From: an uncultured Chthonomonadaceae bacterium
GTDB taxonomy: Bacteria > Armatimonadota > Chthonomonadetes > Chthonomonadales > Chthonomonadaceae
NCBI GenBank assembly: GCA_963835065.1
Contig: CAWIEK010000037.1
Span: 160,001 to 224,000 of the forward strand
Direction of reading: 5' to 3'
DNA length: 64,000 nucleotides
Notes under the pieces: model-generated
What the model was told of the DNA's origin: nothing
Databases searched by the model: none
What the model saw: only the letters and a program-made list of their open reading frames with translations
In this document: positions 9,021 to 17,843 of the stretch, piece after piece
Position numbering within the stretch: position 1 is the first letter of the stretch
Layout of the letters: every line of letters starts with the position of its first letter
Program-made: the position numbers and the translations under genes

Positions 9021-10964
9021 CAAAATCATTCCTTCCTCGTAGGCATAAATCAGCCGCTCAAGTTGGGTGATCGCGCTTCTTAGCCGATCCCCGTCTTCTG
9101 TATCGCCGATATGGTGAACTGTCGGATACTCGCGCAGCGTGGTGATTTTAGGAATCATGTCCGCGCCCGTTGTGATAGACTCTTCTACGGAGGTGAAGTG
9201 CGAATGTTCCGCCAGCGAAATGCGTTCCGCGTCTAAAATCAGCGTGTAGCCGTGGTCGCCATACGCTTCGGAAAACGCGCCGTCAATGGTCACGGCATTG
9301 CCGCCCCGCTTGACAGGCTGCTCCCCTTCGTCAATCTTGACGGGAACATGCCCGTTGACGATTAAGCCGTCCTCGCTCACGCCGAACTCGCGCAAGATTT
9401 TGCGGCAAAAGTCGGCGTCGTGTATCAATTGGAAGTAGGCGTTTTTGGTTTCTTTGTGGGTGGCTTTGTCGGCGACAAAGTATGTCTCGAAGGTCGCCAT
9501 TCTATCCTTGCCGAACAGGGGTGAGAGCGGCCCCGCCCACAGGTACCACATCCAATCGGCGTCGGCGTCGCGCCGTTCCGCGCCCTTGCGAAAGGCGCGG
9601 CGTATCAGGGAAGCGAGGGCGTCGAACAAATCCCTGCCTTTCCGTTCCACGCCGTCTACGGACAAGGAGAGAAATTCGCCGTTTTCATCGCAGGGGACGC
9701 AGGCATGGAAAATGAGGGTGTCGTCCCGCCGCTGCCACATCGCGCCGTGCTGCACCATCCAGCGCATCTGCTCCCACAAGGCTTGGCTTGCCGTAAACGA
9801 CTGCTGCAGCCGCTTCATGCAGGCGTCTTCTTCGGGGGAGAGGGCATACGGGTCGGCAGGGTCAAGGGTGGGGAAGTGGGTGTCGAGAAGCGGATAGGTT
9901 TGTCCGTCAATTTCCACCGTTCCCGCCTCATGGTGGATGCGGTGCAGCAGGTTGCGGTGTTCCCAGTTCCATTCCGGGTGCTTGCGGCTGCTGCTGCCTT
10001 CCAGTTTGAAGTTCAGAATCGCGGTGGCTTTTTGCATCCGGGCTAATGTCAAATCGTCGCGCAGGCCGGAACTTTTGGCATGGAATCGTTCGGCGGGATC
10101 GTCACCATAAACGGTGCGGGCAAGATGTTCCAGGGGGTCAAGGAAGATGCCGTACCCCTCTTCCAGTTGCTCCAGGCGTTGGTAGCGCAGGGACAGGCGC
10201 AGCACGGTGGCAATGGCCGTCGGTTCGCCAAGACACGCCCCCATCCATGAGGTATCGTGATTGCCCCACGTCACCGTCACATGCGGCTGCCGCATCAGGT
10301 AATCAATCACTTTGTCAATGCGCAAGCCCCGGTCGCCCATATCCCCGGCAACAAATAACTCGCCCACGCTTAGGTTACGGACAAGTCGGCTTGCCGCCCG
10401 CACAACCTCAAAGACAGCCCCCGCGTCAACGAAAACTTTAATCATCGCGTTGATGTAATCCGGGCTGCGCAGGGTGGCGGGTGCGTCCAGCAGTTCGGCG
10501 AACAACTCCCGGTAAGGCGTGGGAAACAGGGCGTAAATATGGCCCCGCCGATAGACCGGAGCCAGCCGACGCACACAGTCAAACTGCATCCGCAATGTCT
10601 GCTGCGCCCACCCCCCTTGCGCCTCTTGTGTTTGCAAGGCGTCTCGAAGATGCTGCATGGCTTCCTGCGGATAATAAAGCAGGGCAAGAAAGGCGGCCAA
10701 CTCGTTCGGGGCAAGCCGGCTGCCGAACAGTTCTTCTACGAGCGGGCGGAGCCTGCCGGAAGCGTTGTTAATGACGTGCCGCAGCTTGCGGTAATCGCCG
10801 TGAATGTCACTGATGACATGCGTGGCGGGCTTGGGCAGGCCGAGCATGGCAGCGCAGGCAGCGATTTCGCTTCGCGCCACTTCCACATTCGGGTACTGCC
10901 GCGCCAATGCCCGCAAGCCGACCAATTCGCCCGGTGTAATGACTCGTTCTTCCCACTCTGTCAT
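9015..10964 (-). CDS. fbp: Fructose-1,6-bisphosphatase class III (Firmicute-type)
   Basis: HVISDIHGDY, NNASG, GDMGDRG, WGNHD, LFGKDRMATFE, NGHVPVK, IDGAFSEAY. Confidence 0.85.
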   Translation of the reverse strand: MTEWEERVITPGELVGLRALARQYPNVEVARSEIAACAAMLGLPKPATHVISDIHGDYRKLRHVINNASGRLRPLVEELFGSRLAPNELAAFLALLYYPQEAMQHLRDALQTQEAQGGWAQQTLRMQFDCVRRLAPVYRRGHIYALFPTPYRELFAELLDAPATLRSPDYINAMIKVFVDAGAVFEVVRAASRLVRNLSVGELFVAGDMGDRGLRIDKVIDYLMRQPHVTVTWGNHDTSWMGACLGEPTAIATVLRLSLRYQRLEQLEEGYGIFLDPLEHLARTVYGDDPAERFHAKSSGLRDDLTLARMQKATAILNFKLEGSSSRKHPEWNWEHRNLLHRIHHEAGTVEIDGQTYPLLDTHFPTLDPADPYALSPEEDACMKRLQQSFTASQALWEQMRWMVQHGAMWQRRDDTLIFHACVPCDENGEFLSLSVDGVERKGRDLFDALASLIRRAFRKGAERRDADADWMWYLWAGPLSPLFGKDRMATFETYFVADKATHKETKNAYFQLIHDADFCRKILREFGVSEDGLIVNGHVPVKIDEGEQPVKRGGNAVTIDGAFSEAYGDHGYTLILDAERISLAEHSHFTSVEESITTGADMIPKITTLREYPTVHHIGDTEDGDRLRSAITQLERLIYAYEEGMILE

Positions 10965-11076
10965 GGCTGTGCGCCTCCTGATTGGTTGGTACGCGCTCAG
11001 GGACGCAAACTCCTTCTTTTTATTAATTTTCTGCATTGATTCTTCTGCTCAGTCTCTCCCGCGAACTCCTGCGCGT

Positions 11077-11385
11077 TCACTCGCGCGTCCCATTTCCGAG
11101 AGCAGGCCGTTCCTGCAAGGTGTTGTCCCGATGGTAGAAAGCGGCATTGACTTCGACAAAATGCTGCCAGATGCGGGGCACATCGCTTTCCTGAAAGATA
11201 GCTTCAACGGGACATTCCGACTCGCACAGCCCACAGTCAATGCACACCGCAGGATTGACGAACAGCATATCGTAGCGCTGCCCATCCTTCTCGACAATGC
11301 CCTCGTGGATGCAGTCGCATGGGCAGACGGTCACGCACGACTTGTCCTTTACGCCCATGCACGGTTCGGTAATCACATACGCCAT
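11077..11385 (-). CDS. 4Fe-4S (7Fe-type) ferredoxin
   Basis: MAYVITEPCMGVKDKSCVTVCPCDCI...CIDCGLCESECPVEAI. Confidence 0.9.
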   Translation of the reverse strand: MAYVITEPCMGVKDKSCVTVCPCDCIHEGIVEKDGQRYDMLFVNPAVCIDCGLCESECPVEAIFQESDVPRIWQHFVEVNAAFYHRDNTLQERPALGNGTRE

Positions 11386-11488
11386 AATTGTAGTTCTCCC
11401 ATTCTTTTCTCCGCATTTTCCATTATTTTCCAATTTTGGAAGCGGTTTCGCGTCGGGCACAGTGTACGGCAGAAAATGAGTCCGCAAC

Positions 11489-11504
11489 AATGACTTTTAT
11501 CACG
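11489..11504. promoter_or_regulatory. Crp/Fnr-like box between ferredoxin and regulator
   Basis: aaTGA-ctttta-TCACg resembles TGTGA-N6-TCACA. Confidence 0.45.
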
Positions 11505-11596
11505 CCGAAATCATAAGCGTACGCGGTATCCTGTTGATACAAGTAGTCAAGGCACAAGGTAAAAGAGAAAAGGCATAAGAGGCAGATAGCATCACT

Positions 11597-12352
11597 ATGA
11601 CATCCTCAACACTTGATTCCCGGATAGATGCGCTATCAACAATGGAAAGATCAATGGTGAAGAATGGGAGGCTGGCGCGTCGCCGCAGCGCATTACGCCG
11701 CGTTCAGTTTTTGAAGACGCTGCCTGACGATGTTCTGGCGGAATTGGCCGGGGCGGGTGTGGAGCGCTGCTTAAATCGCGGCGAGATGCTGTTTGCCGAG
11801 CATGACCGTTGTTTGGGGCTGATTGTGGTTCTGACGGGCGCGGTCAAGGTGTACAAACTGGATGCGCGGGGGCGCGAACTGACGCTGGATAGCGAATTAC
11901 CGGGCGAAAGCGTGTTTGAACTGCCCCTTTTCGACGGCGGCAATTACCCGGCAAGCGCGGAAGCCTCACAGGACGGCACAATCGTTTACATCGTTCGCCG
12001 GGAGCGGTTCGGGCAATTTGTCGCGGCTCATCCGCAGATCGCCGCGCTTGCCCTGCGCGCGCTGGCCGTGCGAACGCGCAAGCTGATTCAGATGGTGGAA
12101 GCGCACTCGCTCCATTCCGTGCGGACGCGCCTGGCCGCGTATCTGCTGCAAACGGCGGACGGGCAAGCCGTATTCACCCTGCGCGAAACCAACGAAGCTA
12201 TCGGCAGCCGGATCGGAACGGTACGCGAAGTGATTTCGCGGACGCTGCACAGCTTCAAGGACGCAGGGCTAATCCGCTTGTGCGGGCGCGAAGTCGGCAA
12301 TTTGCGAAGTCAACGCGCTGCGGCGCATTGCAGGAATAGAAGAAGGGGATAG
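11597..12352 (+). CDS. Crp/Fnr family transcriptional regulator
   Basis: cNMP-like domain (GAVKVYKL..GRELTL, GGNYPASAEA) and HTH (IGSRIGTVREVISRTL). Confidence 0.9.
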   Translation: MTSSTLDSRIDALSTMERSMVKNGRLARRRSALRRVQFLKTLPDDVLAELAGAGVERCLNRGEMLFAEHDRCLGLIVVLTGAVKVYKLDARGRELTLDSELPGESVFELPLFDGGNYPASAEASQDGTIVYIVRRERFGQFVAAHPQIAALALRALAVRTRKLIQMVEAHSLHSVRTRLAAYLLQTADGQAVFTLRETNEAIGSRIGTVREVISRTLHSFKDAGLIRLCGREVGNLRSQRAAAHCRNRRRG

Positions 12353-12406
12353 CGAAGATTAGCCGGTAAATTGCGCGTCTCCACACGCGCAAAGTTGTAA
12401 GGAACC

Positions 12407-14158
12407 ATGAGACTTTCAACGCCGGGAACATTTGCGGTATCTATTCACCTGGTCGGGCTGCTGGCCGTGCAGGGCTGTCATCGTCCGGCTGCCAGAGTCA
12501 CGCCTTTGCCCGCGCAAACGCCCCCACCTGTCTTTGCGCCTTCCCGCCCGTCTGTCGCGCAGGAACCTTTGCCGCTTGCGCATCGGACGCGCCACGAGCG
12601 CGAAGCCGGTGTGTTGTCGGCCATGCACAAGCGGGTGTGGGCGCGGCGCGCGTCCCTGCCCGACATTCGCCGCATTGCTTCGGATGTGTACCCCTTGATT
12701 TGCGAGGCCGCGCAGCAGGCGGAAGTGACGCCGTACCTGCAAGCCTTTGCGCGTGACAACGGCCTGGATTTGGAACAAGCGCGGGAACAGTGGGTTGCGA
12801 TTGAAGAAGCCGATTTGCTCCTGGAAGCGGGCGGCAATCCCGACGACATTTCCCCGGCGGGCGCATCCGGCGTGGCGCAATGGATGCTCAACATTGCGCG
12901 GGAACAGGGGCTGCATATTGATTTTGCCCGTTCGCGGCAATTCACAGCGCGTATTGACGCTCTAAACTGGCGCATTGCGTGGCTGACCTATCTATCCCGC
13001 CCGGATGCCGACCAAAACTTGCCTTCAAAACCAACCTTGACGCCCGCCGATTTCGCTACTCTGCCCGCCTTACAGCAGGAGCGGGAAACCCTGCGCGAAC
13101 AGCGCCGACAGGCAGATGACCGCTTCGAGCCGCGCAAAGCCGTGTTCGCCCATGCCCGCTACCTGCTCCGGCTGTACCGCAAGTTCCCGAGCAAGGATTG
13201 GATTTTTCAAGCCTATCACGGCGGCGAATGGGGCGCGAAAAAGGAGATTTGGTTTTACTTGGGACAAAAGCCGGCTTCCTACGCCGAAGCCATTCAATCG
13301 GGAAATACGGGACAGCGCCTGACGTATGAAGACGTGTACTTCGGCATTACGCCCCATGCGCACATCCCCGCGTTTCGCTACATTTACGGGCGGGGCGACG
13401 ACCATCGGCATTATTGGTGGAAACTGCGCTCCGCGCAGGAAGCCCTTGCCCTGTACCATCGTGACCCGACCGGCTTTGAACAGGAGTGGAACCGCCTGCT
13501 GCCGGGACGCCGCACGGAAGCCGTCTGGTATCCCGACGCGCCTGTCCATGCCATCGCCGACCTGAACGCGCTCCAATCCTCACAGGGCAAAGGGCTGGTT
13601 CCGGTCACGTCCGCTGCGAACATGCTTGTGCGCCCTGCGCCCCTCGATACTCCTAACGCCCAATGGTACGCCGCCTTGCAGCCGTCTGCAAAAGGCGCGT
13701 TGCTGCTGGCAGTGGAAGCGTACAAGCGCGCGGGCGGCAAAACCGTCTTGACAGTGGGAGACATGACACTCACGCCCCAATACAGCGCCCAATTAAAAGC
13801 GCTGCACCCCCCGAAACCAACCCTCGCCCCGCCGTACCCGCCCGACCCCGAACTCAAAACCCTGCCCGGTGGCGGACCGCCCGCCGATTTCGATTACCAC
13901 ACGACCGGGTTAGCCGCCGATATTCTCGCGCCCAAAACCAAATGGGAGCGCGAAATTCTGGAATACGCGCTTGCCTATCTGGAAGAGCGGCAGATCGTCG
14001 CCGTCACGGAAGCCAAAGACTACAACGAGCCGCGCTACCATCTCGTGCCCAACCCGCGCTACACCGACGCCCTGAGCAAAATCGGCGAGAGGAGAGTTGG
14101 GCAAAGGCCAGTCCCTGTGGTTCTTTGTCAATCAAGGCTTCCAGCATATCGTCGCTAA
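12407..14158 (+). CDS. Lipoprotein with lytic-transglycosylase-like and DUF5715/LAS-peptidase-like domains
   Basis: Lipobox-like VQGC; LLEAGGNPDDISPAGASGVAQ and AYHGG (SLT-like); HTTGLAADI and EPRYHLV. Confidence 0.55.
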   Translation: MRLSTPGTFAVSIHLVGLLAVQGCHRPAARVTPLPAQTPPPVFAPSRPSVAQEPLPLAHRTRHEREAGVLSAMHKRVWARRASLPDIRRIASDVYPLICEAAQQAEVTPYLQAFARDNGLDLEQAREQWVAIEEADLLLEAGGNPDDISPAGASGVAQWMLNIAREQGLHIDFARSRQFTARIDALNWRIAWLTYLSRPDADQNLPSKPTLTPADFATLPALQQERETLREQRRQADDRFEPRKAVFAHARYLLRLYRKFPSKDWIFQAYHGGEWGAKKEIWFYLGQKPASYAEAIQSGNTGQRLTYEDVYFGITPHAHIPAFRYIYGRGDDHRHYWWKLRSAQEALALYHRDPTGFEQEWNRLLPGRRTEAVWYPDAPVHAIADLNALQSSQGKGLVPVTSAANMLVRPAPLDTPNAQWYAALQPSAKGALLLAVEAYKRAGGKTVLTVGDMTLTPQYSAQLKALHPPKPTLAPPYPPDPELKTLPGGGPPADFDYHTTGLAADILAPKTKWEREILEYALAYLEERQIVAVTEAKDYNEPRYHLVPNPRYTDALSKIGERRVGQRPVPVVLCQSRLPAYRR

Positions 14159-14804
14159 CATCGGCTAACAATCCTGCGCCAGCGCGAGTTTCCGGGGCAA
14201 GCATCGCCTGCGCATCTAAATCCCCCTGCTTTGCAATCTGCACCAACTGCGCGTCGACCGACCTATGATGCATGTGCGCTACTTGTTGTCGAAGCGGCTC
14301 CCAACTCAGTCGCTTTAAACGCGCAATATCACTGCGGTTCGCAGAACTCTCATATAAAACAAAGACGGTTTTGACAGGATCGACAGGGAGAGAGGAGTTG
14401 TCCTTCGGGTCTAATTTATCCTGGGGAAAGTCACGTCGCCAAGTTAGGTCATAGAGTTCAGCAAGGCGCTGCAGCATGGTTCTTAACGGCATCGGACTGG
14501 TGAAGGAAGTAATCGGCATGATTCCCACCCACGCAGGATCAGCCTTCAGTGTAACGCCCGATTGCTTTTGCAGGTCCGCCAGGACGACACTTAATGGCGT
14601 GTCTACGCATTGCAGGGAGACCGGTTGTTTAAGCGCGGCTAACGCCGGTCCTATTGGATCGGCTGCCGGAGCCGGGTTGACTGCTTGCTGTGCCGCATGA
14701 GTGGATGGCGTTTGCGCCTGCGCTATAGAGGAACATAAAACCACAGGAACCAGGCCAAACCAGCCCGGCTTTTTTGAGAGACAAAAGGGAAAGGCTTTCA
14801 GCAT
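14004..14804 (-). CDS. Secreted hypothetical protein (STN-like domain), 3' end uncertain
   Basis: Signal peptide ending AQA; LKQPVSLQCVDTPLSVVLADLQKQSGV; GGAGG RBS; TTGACA-N17-TAAACT at 14852-14880. Confidence 0.55.
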   Translation of the reverse strand: MLKAFPFCLSKKPGWFGLVPVVLCSSIAQAQTPSTHAAQQAVNPAPAADPIGPALAALKQPVSLQCVDTPLSVVLADLQKQSGVTLKADPAWVGIMPITSFTSPMPLRTMLQRLAELYDLTWRRDFPQDKLDPKDNSSLPVDPVKTVFVLYESSANRSDIARLKRLSWEPLRQQVAHMHHRSVDAQLVQIAKQGDLDAQAMLAPETRAGAGLLADVSDDMLEALIDKEPQGLAFAQLSSRRFCSGRRCSAGWARDGSAARCSLWLP

Positions 14805-15018
14805 ACGCTTCCTCCTATCTACTTATCAACCATCAACTTGTTTGAAGGAAAAGTTTACATGTTCCCGCCAAATCTGTCAAGAGTGCGAGAAAATTTATGG
14901 GAACATGCCTTTCGGTGAAATTGCCTACCTGTAAAGTACGAACGACAGTTATAATCGCAGGAACAAACGCTTGTTGCGTCGAAAAGGAAGCGCATCATAC
15001 TCTTTCTGGAGCAACTTT

Positions 15019-16680
15019 ATGACGACGTGGAAATCAGGCCGTGAGGCTTTGAAACGATTCTGGTGGGCGGCAACTTTGGCGTGTGTGCCAATCTTTTTGT
15101 GTGTCATGCGCTGCCATGCGGACGATCTGCTTGGCGGATTGGCGCGTCCGCAGGAGGGGCGCAGTATGCGGGCGTCGTCCACATTCCGGGAGGGGCGCGA
15201 CGGCAAATACGATCCCCGCGCCGACCCCAAAGGCGACCGGGACGAAAAAAGCAATTGGGACAATTTTCGAAGTTGCGCCGGGTGAAACCCATGTCCTTCT
15301 GGACGCCAAAGGGCCGGGGCTGATTACGCATATCTGGATGACGTTTCTCGGCCCGGAAGCGCAGGAGTGGGCTAAAAACGGCTCGGCCAACCATCAGGAA
15401 ATGCTGCTGCGCATCTATTGGGACGGCAATTCCCGCCCCGGCGTGGAAGCGCCTGTGGGTGACTTTTTCGCCAACTGCTTCGGCAGGCGCAGCGAAGTCA
15501 TCAGCCTGCCGGTTCAGGTGGCGGACGGCGACGCTTACAACTGCTTCTGGCAAATGCCGTTTCGCAAGTCCGCCCGTATCGAGATCGTCAACCAGAGCGA
15601 CAAGCCTATCAGCCTGCTGTACTACAACATTGACTGGATACAAAAGAAAAGCCTGCCCCGCGACACGCCCTACTTCTACGCGCAGTACCGTCAGGAGTAC
15701 CCCGCGCAAAACGGCAAGGATTATGTTCTGCTGGACACGCAGGGCAAGGGGCATTATGTCGGCACGGTCTTGGCGGTGCGGACGCGCAGCCCCGCGTGGT
15801 TCGGGGAAGGGGACGAGAAGATTTACATAGATGGCGAGGCAAACCGTCTATCTGGGGAACGGGAACCGAAGATTACTTTTTGTCGGCATGGGGATTGAAG
15901 AAGACCAGTACGCCGTTCTTTGGCGTCCCGTATTTCGACCAGTGGGGGATTGTGGGCGGGCATACGAGCGCGTACCGCTGGCATCTCAACGACCCGATTG
16001 TGTTCCAAAAGGGCATCAAAGTGACGCTGGAGCATTGGGGCTGGATGTCGCCGGACGAGAACCCCGACTATAAAACCACAAGCTGGAACGAGCGCGAGGA
16101 CGATTATTCCAGCGTCGCCTTCTGGTATCAGACCGGGCAGCCGACCTTTGACGCCCGCGCCCCTCACGCCCGCGAGCGCAAATTGCCGTCCCTCGAACGA
16201 ATCCTTGTTTACGCCCGCGATTACGCCGACGCTTCCCATCACGGACCGGGCGAAACCGTGAAGCAGGCGCTTGGCTTTTACGACGGCCCGCAACTGCTGC
16301 TCAAGCCGGAACAACCCAAAGACGGCTGGCTGGAAATTCCGTTCGACGTAACGAAAAAAGAGCCGCTGCGCTTACTGCTCAACCTGACCCACTCCTACGA
16401 CTTCGGCAAGTATCAGGCAACCCTCAACGGCGTGAAAGTGGGCGGCGTGATAGACCTGTACAGCGCGGCCATCAGCAATGAAGAAGCGCATCTGCTGGAC
16501 TTCTGGCCGGAACCGGGGCATTATACGCTGCGTCTGGAGTGCGTCGGCAAAAACGCGCTGTCAACCGGCTATTATCTCGGCATAGAGTCGGTGCGCCTGC
16601 GGGAACGCCGCCCCCGCGTGACGGAATACGCCCACGACAAAGCCAAAGACTGGCGGCAAAAGCCGGAACTGTACCGATAA
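15019..16680 (+). CDS. Glycoside hydrolase family 172 (DUF2961); frameshifts near 15270 and 15840
   Basis: GPGLITHIWMT, LRIYWDG, APVGDFF, MPFRKSARI, WFGEGDE, GTGTEDYF, AYRWHLNDPIVF, SSVAFWYQ. Confidence 0.85.
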
Positions 16681-16684
16681 GTAG

Positions 16685-16848
16685 TGATGTAGGGGCGCAA
16701 TTTATTGCGCCCTCTTGCCGTACTTCGTTTTTTTTCGATGCGCCCGCTTGCCGCTTCGTTTCGATGCGCCGTTTTGCCGCACGAGACTTCGTTTCAATGC
16801 GGGCGCAACGGCTGGCAAGCGGGCGCAATAAATTGCGCCCCTACATCA
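16685..16848. repeat. REP-like (GTAG-type) inverted doublet
   Basis: tgatgtaggggcgcaatttattgcgccc (16685-16712) and its exact reverse complement (16821-16848); related single copies near 45450 and 61353. Confidence 0.8.
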
Positions 16849-16987
16849 TTGTTGTTCATGCAGATGTTTGCTCTTAGTTGCAGGTTTGATGCAGCAAGGT
16901 TCTGGCGTTCCGCATACAAGTGGCATTTCTGAGTGATAACAGCATCGGGGCAAAATGCCAATAATGCTTTCACGAGGAGACACCGCT

Positions 16988-17599
16988 ATGAACCTGATTG
17001 TTGTGTTTGGCCCGCCCGCAGTCGGCAAAATGACCGTTGGACAGGAACTCGCTCGCTTAACGGGCTACAAACTGTTTCACAACCACATCACGCTGGACAT
17101 GGTGACGCCCCTGTTTCCGTTCGGGACGCCGGAGTGTCGCCGTCTTGTGCGCGAACTGCGAACGCGCATCATTGCCCACGCCGCGCAAAGCAGCCTGCCC
17201 GGCCTGATCTTCACGTACAATTGGGCGCTGGATTTCGATGCTGACCGCGAGTTCATGGACGAACTGCGCGAACTGGTAGCCGCGCATGGCGGCAACACCT
17301 ATTACGTGGAACTGGAAGCCGATTTCGACGAGCGCCTGCGCCGCAACCGCACCCCGCAACGCCGCCAATGCAAAAACTACGGCGACATGGACGCGCTGGA
17401 AACCACCATGCGCCAGTGGCAGCATGAATACAAACTGAACTCCCAAAACGACTTCTTCTACCCCCATCAGCACGTAAAAATCAACAACACGCGCCTGTCG
17501 CCCGACTGCGCCGCCGCGCAAGCCGCAACCGCCATAACCCGTGAGTTGAAACTCGCGGCTGTGATAACGAAGTCCGCCTGCGCGGACTCCATCGTATGA
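16988..17599 (+). CDS. P-loop kinase / AAA family ATPase (shikimate-kinase-like)
   Basis: LIVVFGPPAVGKMTVG, LFHNH, ERLRRN; GAGGAG RBS. Confidence 0.8.
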   Translation: MNLIVVFGPPAVGKMTVGQELARLTGYKLFHNHITLDMVTPLFPFGTPECRRLVRELRTRIIAHAAQSSLPGLIFTYNWALDFDADREFMDELRELVAAHGGNTYYVELEADFDERLRRNRTPQRRQCKNYGDMDALETTMRQWQHEYKLNSQNDFFYPHQHVKINNTRLSPDCAAAQAATAITRELKLAAVITKSACADSIV

Positions 17600-17654
17600 A
17601 GATTTTCGGTTCCGCCTTCAGTCCGCGCAGGCGGACTTCGTTATCACAGCCGCG
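17554..17654. repeat. 35-bp perfect inverted repeat (REP-like) overlapping the kinase 3' end
   Basis: cgcggctgtgataacgaagtccgcctgcgcggact (17554-17588) / reverse complement (17620-17654). Confidence 0.8.
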
Positions 17655-17843
17655 CAATTTATTGCACGGACGCTGCTACGGTTCTATGGTTCGCTACTAC
17701 GGTTCACTGCGGTTCGCTGAGGTTCGCGTCGGAAAACCGCCCCCGACACCCGACACCCAACACCCGCCCAAGCAGGAATTTGCCTGCCTGACCGAGAAGC
17801 AATAGGAACGGGCAGAAACGGGCGGGGAGCAAAGGCAGGCAAA

